DNA of 50,326 bases from Candidatus Wallbacteria bacterium GWC2_49_35 (GCA_001791795.1 MGFH01000206.1:1-50326); one strand, 5' to 3'. Positions 25,248-35,228 are shown, numbered from the stretch's first letter. Notes: generated by a model from the letters alone, not told the origin. Numbers and translations: made by a program.

Positions 25248-27962
25248 TTATTCGCTGATCCGTCCGCTTCTGTTGTTCTGCATTATGATCATCGCCTCGT
25301 CGGGTGTCACGATAGTGTTCTGTATGGCGTTGACGGGCACTCCGAGGGTGTTGTTGAAGCCGGAATACGCCGTATCCATGAGGCGTGACGAGCCTTCTTC
25401 GATGACGACCTTCTTGAACAGGGTCGAAAGCGAAGTGTTTATGAAAAGCGATCCAAGGTCGTCGCCTGCGAGAACGGTCGAATCCGGCATCAGCTGTTCT
25501 TCGATCGTCGAGTTGACCTCGTTTTTGTAATGCGAATAAATTTCGGTTTGGGCTTTTTTAGGGGCTTCTCCGAACAGTTTTTTGAGCTGCTCTTTGAATT
25601 CGAGTTTGCCCTCGTCGTTATAGCGCATCTGGCTGAGCTGTTTGGAGGCGAATTCCGAGTACATAACACTCGTCCAGCTGTTGCCGTATTTGGAGAGCAT
25701 CTGCTTTTCGGCTTCGGCGTATATCCGGTCGGAGGCTTTTATAATTTGAGCGTCGGAAGCGCCGGTGGAGCGCATTTCGTTAATTTTAACGTTTACGACC
25801 TTTGCCTTGTAAACTGAAGGAGAGATACGCGCCGCCTGGAATTCAATTGCGCGCAGTTCCTGAGGTGTAAGCTCGCGGCCGTTCTGGGCGAATTCTTTGA
25901 GGGATTCCATGCTGTCGATATTTTTGCCGTCCGCGCCTTTTACCATGCGCCCCTTGTCTATTTTGTCGTCTATGGCGGCGAGTTCCAGGCGGGCCTTTTC
26001 GTAGGCGATTTTGTTCTGGTTGGCGATCTCGGTTTGGGCTATATTCGTAAGCTCGGCATCGTTCATGTTCTTATAAGTATCGCTTGATTCGCGCATTTTT
26101 ACCTTGAAGGCCTTCAGATAATTTTCCTGGCCCATGATGCGGGCGTATTCGAGGTTGCGGTCGAGCTGCTGCTCTTTTATATAGTTCTGCTTTACGTTTT
26201 CCATCAGTTTGAGGTTATCGGGAAGTTTCTGCGCCTCGACGGCCCGTATTTCGAGTTTGGCGGCGTCGCGCTCGAGTTTACCGATCTGGCTGTTGAAAGC
26301 GTTCTTATCGCGGGCATATTTGGCTACGTCGGTATATTTTGACGGATCGGGCTTTTGCGTTTCTTTCATGGTTTCGATCTGCTGGCGCATTTCTCCCGCT
26401 TCGCGCCATTCCTTCGACTGCGAGCGGTAGCGTTCCTGCAGCGCCAGTTTATCGCGCTGTGGCTGGTCTATGAGTTTTTCTTTGCCGAGCGACACGCCGA
26501 GCGATACGCTCTGAACGGCGAAGTTGGTGACACCGGCTTCGAGCCCTTTTTTCCAGGGATTAATCGAGTCGTTCTGCGTCTGGAGCCTCTTTACCTCGTT
26601 ATCGTAATAATAATACGGGACGCTTCCCGGTTTGTATTTATCGCGCTCGGCGGCGACATCTTTCGCTTTGTCCTGTATGTAATGCTTTTCAAGCGTGGCG
26701 CGCGCGCTGCCGTTTAGAAATGCCGTGGGATTGGACGTGACCCAGTTGGCTATGGCGCCGGCCTTGCCGGTGTTGCCGAAGAGTTTAAGAGATGCGAGGT
26801 TCGCCGCTTTCGAATTGGCCGCGACGCCGGACATGGAAGCTCCCAGCGCACCGGTTATGAAAGATGAAAGCGCCGCGCGCTGAAGGTCTTTTTTGAAATC
26901 GGCCGTCGAATAATCCTGCGACTTCATTTCGTCGATTTCGATGGAGATCTGGTTGAGGCGGGCTTTTTCGGCGTCGGTGAGCGGGACTGAGCCCGGTTCG
27001 GCGTGCCTGTCGAATATCTGCTGCGCCTCTTTCTGAAGCGCGCTTATCTTTTCGTCGTAATGAAAGTAATTATCGGCCCAGGCTTTTTTAACCAGGCCGC
27101 CTGCGCCTGCCGATATTCCCTGACCCAGAAATTGCACGGCCGCGCCGCGAATGGCGTTTTGTATAATGACCTTCGACGAAGCCTTGCCGAACGTAGAAGC
27201 CAGGCCGCCGGTTGCCATGGTGAATGGCGCGAGTATGCCGTCGGTAACCGCCGCGACCGACACGTCGCGAAGAATTTCCATTGACGTTTTTTTCTTGTCT
27301 CTGAATTTATTAGAGCGTTTTTCGAACAGATAAGTTATCGAGCCTGAAGTTACCGCGCCGATCACTATCGCGCCGATTATGAGACCGGCCATCGGAAGCG
27401 CGGCGATAGAAGCGAACGCGAGAACGGCCGCCGTCGGGATTATCGATTTGGCGAGGCCCCAGGCGATCTTTTCGAGAAGCGACATATTCTTGCCGCCGGG
27501 AATTATATCGTCTTTTACTTTTTCAACGACGCTGCCGGCTAACTGACCGCCTTTTTCGAGAACCGTTTCGGCGATGCCGTCGATGGATGGCGCCGCGCCC
27601 GATGCAGATTTCGCGTTTTCGGCGCTTATCTGATCGTATTCAGCCTTCAATCTGGCGTACTGGTCGAACGCCTCGCCGCCTTCGGGCGAGTTTTCGCGTC
27701 CTTCCTGCAGAAGCGAAATATACCTTTGATAAGCCGCATTCATTTTTGTGTAGGTTTCAGTAGCCGCGGCGTTTGATTGCGGGGCGGGCGATGAAGCGGC
27801 CGAAGTCGCGGCCGCGGAAGCGTTCTGAGCGTTAGCGGCGCTCTGGGCCATCAAAGCGTCGACGCCGCAGGCGGTCAGAAATGTCGTGACGATGGTGATA
27901 ACGGTTAAAAACCTGAACAGGCCTCTTAATTTTTTGCTGCTGTAAAATTCTGACATTTTCAT
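25248..27962 (-). CDS. Large hypothetical lipoprotein with Gly/Ala-rich hydrophobic hairpins and coiled coils
   Basis: 904-aa ORF; lipobox LTAC at residue 32; hydrophobic segments at about residues 165-215, 235-295, 360-385 and 475-495; helical C-terminal half. Confidence 0.8.
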   Translation of the reverse strand: MKMSEFYSSKKLRGLFRFLTVITIVTTFLTACGVDALMAQSAANAQNASAAATSAASSPAPQSNAAATETYTKMNAAYQRYISLLQEGRENSPEGGEAFDQYARLKAEYDQISAENAKSASGAAPSIDGIAETVLEKGGQLAGSVVEKVKDDIIPGGKNMSLLEKIAWGLAKSIIPTAAVLAFASIAALPMAGLIIGAIVIGAVTSGSITYLFEKRSNKFRDKKKTSMEILRDVSVAAVTDGILAPFTMATGGLASTFGKASSKVIIQNAIRGAAVQFLGQGISAGAGGLVKKAWADNYFHYDEKISALQKEAQQIFDRHAEPGSVPLTDAEKARLNQISIEIDEMKSQDYSTADFKKDLQRAALSSFITGALGASMSGVAANSKAANLASLKLFGNTGKAGAIANWVTSNPTAFLNGSARATLEKHYIQDKAKDVAAERDKYKPGSVPYYYYDNEVKRLQTQNDSINPWKKGLEAGVTNFAVQSVSLGVSLGKEKLIDQPQRDKLALQERYRSQSKEWREAGEMRQQIETMKETQKPDPSKYTDVAKYARDKNAFNSQIGKLERDAAKLEIRAVEAQKLPDNLKLMENVKQNYIKEQQLDRNLEYARIMGQENYLKAFKVKMRESSDTYKNMNDAELTNIAQTEIANQNKIAYEKARLELAAIDDKIDKGRMVKGADGKNIDSMESLKEFAQNGRELTPQELRAIEFQAARISPSVYKAKVVNVKINEMRSTGASDAQIIKASDRIYAEAEKQMLSKYGNSWTSVMYSEFASKQLSQMRYNDEGKLEFKEQLKKLFGEAPKKAQTEIYSHYKNEVNSTIEEQLMPDSTVLAGDDLGSLFINTSLSTLFKKVVIEEGSSRLMDTAYSGFNNTLGVPVNAIQNTIVTPDEAMIIMQNNRSGRISE

Positions 27963-28168
27963 AATTTTACACCCTTTCTATATTTAATAAATAACAAAAT
28001 TACTCTGGCCGTAAAAACCACGGCCGGATAGGTTATACTAAAAAAAATAAAATTTGTTCCAAATATTTATGAATTAAAAATAACTTGAAGATCAAACGGA
28101 TATATATAAATTGTTTTACGCACTGTAATGACCTGAATGTGTCTTACTAAAGTTTTTTATTTTCATGT

Positions 28169-28197
28169 ATTATATAATATGTTTTGATAATAGTCAA
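28169..28197 (-). promoter_or_regulatory. Putative sigma70 promoter of the 904-aa gene
   Basis: TTGACT (28197-28192), 17 nt, TATAAT (28174-28169). Confidence 0.65.
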
Positions 28198-28257
28198 TAG
28201 CGATCGGCGGTAATTGCGATCCGCGGTGGTCCGAATCAATCGCGCGGCTAATTATTA

Positions 28258-28287
28258 TTGACAAAACGCCGTATGTTATGATAAAAT
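28258..28287 (+). promoter_or_regulatory. Putative sigma70 promoter upstream of the glyQ leader
   Basis: TTGACA (28258-28263), 18 nt, extended -10 TGaTAAAAT (28279-28287). Confidence 0.6.
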
Positions 28288-28372
28288 GTTAAAAATTCGA
28301 ACACGTTCGGCCGGACGCGGTTGAACGGATAAACCTGCGGTTTCAGATCAATTTAAGACAAATGCCGGCTCG

Positions 28373-28404
28373 AGGGTTGCCCGTTTTTTTAGGGGCAACC
28401 TTTT
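28373..28404 (+). terminator. Terminator-like hairpin in the glyQ leader
   Basis: GGTTGCCC (28375-28382) / GGGCAACC (28393-28400) followed by TTTT. Confidence 0.6.
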
Positions 28405-28475
28405 GTGATTAATACAAAGCAGCATTAATAACAGGCGAATTATTCAAAGATATAAATTTTAAGATGAGGTGCAAG

Positions 28476-29351
28476 ATGAATTTCCAGCAGATAATACTCG
28501 CTCTGCAAAACTACTGGTCGCGGCAGAAATGCGCGATAGTCCAGCCTTATGACATCGAAAAAGGCGCCGGCACATTCAATCCCGCGACTTTTTTGCGCGC
28601 GCTCGGCCCGGAGCCGTGGAACGCCGCATATGTCGAACCCTGCCGCAGGCCGACCGACGGCCGTTACGGTGAGAACCCCAACCGCGTCCAGCATTATTTC
28701 CAGTTCCAGGCCGTCATGAAACCCGCGCCTGAAAATATCCAGGAATTATATCTTACCAGCCTCGAGGAACTCGGCATAAACCGCAACGATCACGACATCC
28801 GCTTCGTCGAAGACGACTGGGAATCGCCGACTCTCGGCGCCTGGGGACTCGGCTGGGAAGTGTGGCTCAACGGAATGGAAGTAACCCAGTTCACTTATTT
28901 CCAGCAGATCGGAGGCATCGACCTCAATCCAATTACAGTCGAAATTACTTACGGCATCGAGCGCCTCGCCATGTACATCCAGAAAAAAGACTCCATCTTC
29001 GATATCGAATGGGTCGACGGCATCACATACGGCGAAATATATCATCAGAACGAGGTCGAGCAGTCGAGGCACAACTTCGAGATGGCCGACACCGCCATGC
29101 TGTTCACGCTTTTCAATACGTATGAAAAAGAAGCTAAAAGGCTTATCGAAAACAATCTCGTGCTGCCCGGCTACGATTATATTATGAAATGCTCCCATTC
29201 GTTCAACCTGCTCGACGCGCGCGGCGCGATATCGGTCACGGAGCGGGTCAAATACATAGGCCGGATAAGAGAAATGGCGAAAAGCGTCGCGCACGGATAC
29301 CTGGCGAAACGCGAAGAACTGAATTTCCCTTTACTGAAGGAGAGAAACTAA
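28476..29351 (+). CDS. glyQ: Glycine--tRNA ligase alpha subunit
   Basis: MNFQ start with GAGGT RBS; [51 protein letters not shown]. Confidence 0.97.
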   Translation: MNFQQIILALQNYWSRQKCAIVQPYDIEKGAGTFNPATFLRALGPEPWNAAYVEPCRRPTDGRYGENPNRVQHYFQFQAVMKPAPENIQELYLTSLEELGINRNDHDIRFVEDDWESPTLGAWGLGWEVWLNGMEVTQFTYFQQIGGIDLNPITVEITYGIERLAMYIQKKDSIFDIEWVDGITYGEIYHQNEVEQSRHNFEMADTAMLFTLFNTYEKEAKRLIENNLVLPGYDYIMKCSHSFNLLDARGAISVTERVKYIGRIREMAKSVAHGYLAKREELNFPLLKERN

Positions 29352-29354
29352 AAG

Positions 29355-31469
29355 ATGAGAAGAGACTTTATAGTTGAAATCGGCGTTGAAGAAATTCCCG
29401 CGGGGTTTATCGAACAGGCGATCGACAGCTTTCACATGCTACTTACCGAAAAACTTCGTTCCGCCAATATAGGTTATGAAAAATCCTATTTTTACTCGAC
29501 TCCGCGCCGCCTGACGGTATATGTGACCGGCGTCGACGAGACGCAGAAAGACCAGTTCGAAGAAGTTAAAGGGCCTCCCAAAAAAATAGCTTTTTCCGAT
29601 ATAGGCCGTCCCACTCAGGCCGCACTTGGCTTTATCGAAAGCAACAACGCGAAACTAGAAGATGTGACCTTCAAGGCCACACCGAAGGGCGAATATCTTT
29701 ATCTCAATAAGGTCATAAAAGGCGTTAAAAGCTTTGAATTGCTCCCTTCGATACTCACTTCCGCTCTCGCATCGCTTAACTTCCCCAAATCGATGAAATG
29801 GGATGTCAGCCAGCTTAAATTCGCCCGCCCCGTCAGATGGATACTCTGCCTTTTCGGCGGCGATATTGTCAAACTGAACTTCGCCGGAGTCGAGTCTTCG
29901 AATAAGACGCACAGCATCAGGCGCATGAATATTTCAGCCGACGTCGCCTCCGCCGGCGCTTATTTCGACGTCGTAAAAAAACTCGGCGTTACGCTCGATA
30001 TGAGCGAACGCTGCAATATGATCATTTCCGGCCTCAATTCGATCGCCGAAAAAAACGGGCTGAAGACGATAAAAGACGAGGAACTCGTCCGCGAAGTAGC
30101 CAATCTGACCGAAACTCCATATGCGATATTATGCGATTTTAACGCGGAATTTTTGAAACTTCCCGAAAAACTTCTCACTTCGACCATGATAAAAAAGCAG
30201 CGGTACTTTCCGCTGTACGACCAGCAGTCCAAACTTACAAATAAATTCGTCGTGTTCTCCAACGGCACACCGGCTCAGCCGGATGAAGTGAAGTACGGCA
30301 ACCAGAAGGTCATAGCCGCCCGTTTCTCCGACGCCGAATTCTATTATAAGGAAGACGCTAAAACCACGCTGGAGCAGAAATCCGAAAAACTGAAAACCGT
30401 CCTTTTCCAGCAAAAACTTGGAACGGTTCATCAGAAAGCCTCCCGTATAGCGGATCTCGCGAAATACCTTTATTCGTCGCTCATCCTCAAGGCGCCGCCT
30501 TCGGACGAGCACAAAAAAAATAAACTCGATACGATCGGCCGCTGCGCGATGCTCTGCAAGGCCGACCTTACTTCCGAGGTCGTCAAGGAGTTCACCGAAC
30601 TCCAGGGTTACGCCGGAATGGTTTACTCTCAGAACGAAGGCCTGCCCCAGGAAATATCTACGGGCATCTACGAGCATTATAAGCCGTGCTTCAAGGGCGA
30701 TACGCTTCCTTCAAACATCGAAGGCCAGGCTGTCGCCGTTGCCGATAAAATGGATACGATCGCCGGCTGTTTCGCGATCAAAATGATACCGACCGGATCG
30801 GGCGACCCTTACGCCCTGCGCCGCGCCGCGCTCGGCATCGCCGAGATCTCGATAAACTCTTCTTTTTCGTTCGACTTTACCGCTTTCGCGAAATACGCGC
30901 TGGGATTGTATCCCAAAACGCTTTTAGAGGCCGAGCAGTGCGATCTCGATAAAACCGCTGCTGAAATTTCGAATTTCGTCAAGCAGCGTTTCGAGACCAA
31001 GCTGAAGGAACTCAACGTACGCTACGACGTTATCAACGCGGTCCTGTGGAACGGCGTTTCGAATATTTATGAAGATTACAGAAAAACCATGAGCCTTTCG
31101 AAGGCCCGAAGCGAAAAAGAGTTCATGGCGCTCGCGCTCCCTTTCAAGCGCGCGGTCAATATAACCAAGGGCGTCGCTTCGGCCCCCGCGGTTAAGCCCG
31201 AGCTTTTCGCCGTGGACGCTGAAAAGGCGCTCTACGCGAAATACCAGAAAGTGAACGCCGACGCCGGCGCCGCTATCGACTCCAACGATTATTCTCTCGC
31301 GTTCAGGCATCTGAGCGAACTTAACGAGCCCATCGATAAATTTTTCGCCGGTGTAATGGTCATGGACAAGAACGAAGATCTGAAAAACAACAGGATAGCG
31401 CTTTTATGCGCCATCAAAGCTTTGTTTTTAAGGCTGGCTGACATTTCGCAGCTGGTCATAGAAGAGTAG
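29355..31469 (+). CDS. glyS: Glycine--tRNA ligase beta subunit
   Basis: EIGVEEIP, TPRRL, MKW..FARPVRWI, KADLTSEVVKEFTELQG, SGDPYALRR, NNRIALL. Confidence 0.95.
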   Translation: MRRDFIVEIGVEEIPAGFIEQAIDSFHMLLTEKLRSANIGYEKSYFYSTPRRLTVYVTGVDETQKDQFEEVKGPPKKIAFSDIGRPTQAALGFIESNNAKLEDVTFKATPKGEYLYLNKVIKGVKSFELLPSILTSALASLNFPKSMKWDVSQLKFARPVRWILCLFGGDIVKLNFAGVESSNKTHSIRRMNISADVASAGAYFDVVKKLGVTLDMSERCNMIISGLNSIAEKNGLKTIKDEELVREVANLTETPYAILCDFNAEFLKLPEKLLTSTMIKKQRYFPLYDQQSKLTNKFVVFSNGTPAQPDEVKYGNQKVIAARFSDAEFYYKEDAKTTLEQKSEKLKTVLFQQKLGTVHQKASRIADLAKYLYSSLILKAPPSDEHKKNKLDTIGRCAMLCKADLTSEVVKEFTELQGYAGMVYSQNEGLPQEISTGIYEHYKPCFKGDTLPSNIEGQAVAVADKMDTIAGCFAIKMIPTGSGDPYALRRAALGIAEISINSSFSFDFTAFAKYALGLYPKTLLEAEQCDLDKTAAEISNFVKQRFETKLKELNVRYDVINAVLWNGVSNIYEDYRKTMSLSKARSEKEFMALALPFKRAVNITKGVASAPAVKPELFAVDAEKALYAKYQKVNADAGAAIDSNDYSLAFRHLSELNEPIDKFFAGVMVMDKNEDLKNNRIALLCAIKALFLRLADISQLVIEE

Positions 31470-31482
31470 CGGGCGTGATTAA

Positions 31483-33936
31483 ATGAGCAACGACGACATC
31501 TTAAAGGCTTTAAGCCGCAAGCTGAACGAACTTAAGCAGGAACTCTCCGACACGCTGACCACTTCCGAAGACGGCGACGCTCTGCTGAAGGCGGCGCAGG
31601 AAGACGAAGAAAAAAAATATCAGATACCAAAATCGCTGCCGGTCCTGCCGATACGCGAAATACTTGTTTTCCCCTATATGGTCGTGCCCCTTCTTATCGG
31701 CCGCGAGCTTTCGATCAAGTCGGTAGAAGAAGCCATGGCGGCCGGCCGCAAGATACTTCTGGCCACGCAGAAAGACGCCAGGAACGAAAATCCGGGCGAG
31801 GCCGATATCTGTGAATACGGAATAGCGGCCGAGATCCTGCAGCTTTTAAAACTTCCCGACGGCACGGTTAAAGTGCTGGTCGAAGGTTTGAAAAGGGTTA
31901 AAATAACGAAGGTCATAATCGAGAATTCGCGCATAAAAGGTGCGGATATCGAACCGGTCGCCGAGATACTCAGCGACGCGCCCGAGTTCGAAGCGCTGAA
32001 ACGCTCCGTCATCGAGCAGTTCGAAAAATACGTAAAACTCAACCGTAAAATCCCCGTCGAAATAATGATGGTCATATCCAACACCGACGACGCATCCAGG
32101 CTTGCCGACGTTATAACGGCTCATCTCACCATCAACATAAATACCAAGCAGAGCATCATCGAAGCCATTGACGTGCACAAGCGTTTTTCGATACTGCTGA
32201 AGATCATCAGCAAGGAAGTCGAGATCCTGACGCTCGAAAAGAAGATCAGGAGCCGCGTCCATGAGCAGCTCGAAAAGACGCAGAAAGAATATTACCTGCG
32301 CGAGCAGATAAAGGTTCTGCAGAAGGAACTTGGCGAAGACGAAAGCCTTTCCGGTGAAGCCGAGGAATACCGCAAAAAACTCAAAAAAATAAAGATGCCC
32401 GAAGAGTGCGTCGAAAAGATCGACAAGGAGATCGCCCGCCTTGCGAAGATGCATCCGATGTCCGCGGAGACTTCCGTCATGCGGACCTATCTCGACTGGG
32501 TCATAGAGCTTCCCTGGAACAGCGAGACGAAGGACAACGCCGATCTGAAAAAATCGGAAAATATACTCGAAGAAGATCACTACGGGCTTGAAAAAGTTAA
32601 AGAGCGCATCATCGAATTTCTCGCGGTCAAAAAGTTGGCGGGCGATAAGATGAAATGCCCGATATTATGTCTTGTGGGGCCTCCCGGCGTCGGAAAAACG
32701 TCGCTCGGCCGCTCGATCGCGCGCTCGCTCGAACGCAAATTTGTCAGGATATCGCTGGGCGGTATGCGCGACGAGGCCGAGATACGCGGCCACAGGCGCA
32801 CCTACGTAGGCGCGCTTCCCGGAAAGATCATGCAGCACATACACCAGTCGAAGACCAAAAATCCCGTCTTCCTGCTTGATGAGATCGATAAGCTCGCGAG
32901 CGATTTCAGGGGCGACCCCGCGTCGGCCCTGCTCGAAACTCTCGACCCGGAGCAGAATTCCTCGTTCACCGATCATTACATAAACCTTCCGTTCGATCTC
33001 AGCAAGGTGTTTTTCATTACCACGGCGAATCTCGCGTACAACATACCTGCGCCGCTTCTCGACCGTATGGAGGTCATCAGGATCTCAGGTTATACCGAGG
33101 ACGAAAAACTCAACATCGCCCAAAAATACCTTGCGCCCAAGCAGATCGGGGAAACCGGCCTTTCCGAATTCGCGCCTCGCTTTTCGGATGACGCGGTCCG
33201 CCATATAATCCGCCACTACACGCGCGAAGCCGGAGTGCGCAACCTCGAACGCGAGATCGGCTCGATATTGAGAAAATATGCCCGCGTCATAGCGGCCGGT
33301 AAAAAGCCGAAATCGGCCCTCATAGATATCGCCGAGGTCGAAAAACATCTGGGCGCGAAAAAATTCAAATACGGCGAAAAAGACCTTTCGGACGGCATAG
33401 GCATTGTCAACGGCCTTGCGTGGAGCGAGGCGGGCGGCTCGGTGCTGAAGATAGAATCGGCCATGATGGAAGGTAAGGGCGCACTCAACCTTACGGGGCA
33501 GCTCGGAAACGTAATGCAGGAAAGCGCCAAGGCGGCGTTTGCCTATATAAAATCCAACGCTAAATCGCTCGGCATAAATTCTTCGGTCTTCAAGTCCCAC
33601 GATTTCCATGTACACGTTCCCGAGGGAGCGACCCCAAAGGACGGGCCTTCGGCGGGTATCGCGCTCTGCTCTTCGCTGGTTTCGCTGATCACTAAAAAGC
33701 CCGCGCGCGGCGATATCGCCATGACAGGCGAGATCACGCTCACCGGAATAGTGCTTCCGATAGGCGGCGTCAAGGAAAAGGTCCTGGCCGCTTCCGCCTC
33801 CGGGATCACCACGGTCATCCTTCCGGACGACAACCGCAAAGACCTCGAGGAGATACCCGGTAACGTGCTGAAAAAACTGAAGATCAAATTCGTAAAAAAT
33901 ATCAGCGAAGTGATTAAAGTTCTGATCAGGAAGTAA
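31483..33936 (+). CDS. lon: ATP-dependent protease La
   Basis: Lon N-domain, Walker A GPPGVGKT, EIRGHRRTYVGA, catalytic PKDGPSAG (Ser) and PIGGVKEK (Lys). Confidence 0.97.
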   Translation: MSNDDILKALSRKLNELKQELSDTLTTSEDGDALLKAAQEDEEKKYQIPKSLPVLPIREILVFPYMVVPLLIGRELSIKSVEEAMAAGRKILLATQKDARNENPGEADICEYGIAAEILQLLKLPDGTVKVLVEGLKRVKITKVIIENSRIKGADIEPVAEILSDAPEFEALKRSVIEQFEKYVKLNRKIPVEIMMVISNTDDASRLADVITAHLTININTKQSIIEAIDVHKRFSILLKIISKEVEILTLEKKIRSRVHEQLEKTQKEYYLREQIKVLQKELGEDESLSGEAEEYRKKLKKIKMPEECVEKIDKEIARLAKMHPMSAETSVMRTYLDWVIELPWNSETKDNADLKKSENILEEDHYGLEKVKERIIEFLAVKKLAGDKMKCPILCLVGPPGVGKTSLGRSIARSLERKFVRISLGGMRDEAEIRGHRRTYVGALPGKIMQHIHQSKTKNPVFLLDEIDKLASDFRGDPASALLETLDPEQNSSFTDHYINLPFDLSKVFFITTANLAYNIPAPLLDRMEVIRISGYTEDEKLNIAQKYLAPKQIGETGLSEFAPRFSDDAVRHIIRHYTREAGVRNLEREIGSILRKYARVIAAGKKPKSALIDIAEVEKHLGAKKFKYGEKDLSDGIGIVNGLAWSEAGGSVLKIESAMMEGKGALNLTGQLGNVMQESAKAAFAYIKSNAKSLGINSSVFKSHDFHVHVPEGATPKDGPSAGIALCSSLVSLITKKPARGDIAMTGEITLTGIVLPIGGVKEKVLAASASGITTVILPDDNRKDLEEIPGNVLKKLKIKFVKNISEVIKVLIRK

Positions 33937-33957
33937 AATATAGATAATAAAGAAGGT

Positions 33958-35211
33958 ATGAAAATGATCCAGAAGATACAACATTTAAAGTGCGTATTGT
34001 GCGGCCGCCGTTTCGGGCAGGACGAAGTTATGTATACATGTCCTGACTGCGGGCCGTTCGGGCTTCTGAACGTTATTTACAACTATAGTGACATCAAAAA
34101 GAATTTCGAGAAGAAACTGTCGAAACCGCCGGCGGTCAATGAAAATAATATCTGGCGCTATATCGACATTCTTCCCGTGGCGGAAGATTCCCCGCGCACC
34201 AATCTGCGCGTCGGAATGACCCCTTATTACAAGCCGGAGAGGCTGGCGAAGTTTTTAGGCCATGAAAAATTATTCGTCAAAGACGACGGGCAGAACCCGA
34301 CGGCGTCGTTTAAAGACCGCGCCTCGGCCGTCGGCGTCGCGAAGGCGTTCGAACTTAAAAAAGAAATAATCACATGCGCCTCGACCGGAAACGCCGCGTC
34401 TTCGCTCGCCGGGATATGCGCCTCCATGGGCCTCAAATCATACATATTCGTGCCGAAGACCGCACCCATAGCCAAGATCGCGCAATTACTGCTTTTCGGC
34501 GCGAACGTGTTCATGGTCGACGGAAATTACGACCAGGCGTTCGACCTGTGCATGCAGGCGTCGGAAGAATTCGGCTGGTACAACAGAAACACCGGCTATA
34601 ATCCTTACCTTCTCGAAGGCAAAAAGACATGCGCGCTCGAAATATACGAGCAGTCGAAAGGAGACATGCCCGATTACGTTTTCGTATCGGTCGGCGACGG
34701 CTGCATCATAGGTGGCATCTATAAAGGTTTTTACGACCTGATGAATCTCGGGCTTATCGAAAAGGCCCCTAAACTCATAGGCGTTCAGGCCGAAGGCTCC
34801 AACCCGTTCGTGCGCGCGTTCCGCGATAACCGCAGCCGCAAACTCGTCGATATGACGCCCCAGACCGTCGCCGATTCGATATCGGTCGGCATTCCACGCG
34901 CGTCGCATCAGGGCCTCAACGCGGTTTACGCGACCGAAGGCGAGTTCATCGACGTAACCGACGCCGAGATCCTCGAAGCGTTAAAGACCCTGCCTCGCTA
35001 CGCCGGCGTATTCGGTGAACCGGCCGGCGTTACCTCGCTCGCGGGATTCATCAAAATGAAAAAAGAAGGGCGCGTTCCCGAAAACGCTTCCTGCGCGGTC
35101 GTGATCACCGGCAACGGCCTGAAAGACATCAGCACCGCCATTTCGTGCGTGAAGCAGGCGCCGGTTATAGAGCCCACGCTCAAAGCCGTAAAAGCCGCGC
35201 TTAAAATTTAA
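33958..35211 (+). CDS. thrC: Threonine synthase / PLP fold-type II enzyme
   Basis: N-terminal CxxC..CPxC, NPTASFKDR (PLP lysine), ASTGNAASS, EGKKT, SVGDG, EPAG, TGNGLKD. Confidence 0.8.
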   Translation: MKMIQKIQHLKCVLCGRRFGQDEVMYTCPDCGPFGLLNVIYNYSDIKKNFEKKLSKPPAVNENNIWRYIDILPVAEDSPRTNLRVGMTPYYKPERLAKFLGHEKLFVKDDGQNPTASFKDRASAVGVAKAFELKKEIITCASTGNAASSLAGICASMGLKSYIFVPKTAPIAKIAQLLLFGANVFMVDGNYDQAFDLCMQASEEFGWYNRNTGYNPYLLEGKKTCALEIYEQSKGDMPDYVFVSVGDGCIIGGIYKGFYDLMNLGLIEKAPKLIGVQAEGSNPFVRAFRDNRSRKLVDMTPQTVADSISVGIPRASHQGLNAVYATEGEFIDVTDAEILEALKTLPRYAGVFGEPAGVTSLAGFIKMKKEGRVPENASCAVVITGNGLKDISTAISCVKQAPVIEPTLKAVKAALKI

Positions 35212-35228
35212 ATAGAGACTTAAAGATC

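Noticed and set aside
28293-28470. T-box or glycine riboswitch upstream of glyQ
   Set aside because: No UGGNACC T-box, specifier-loop or GGAGA/CUCUCAGG motifs, and too short; kept only as an unclassified leader
31483-31625. Extra ~45-aa helical N-terminal extension on Lon
   Set aside because: Variable N-terminal extensions are common in Lon; nothing else suggests a special function
33085-33984. 299-aa minus-strand ORF (and 31846-32580)
   Set aside because: Antisense to the highly conserved lon; no independent motifs
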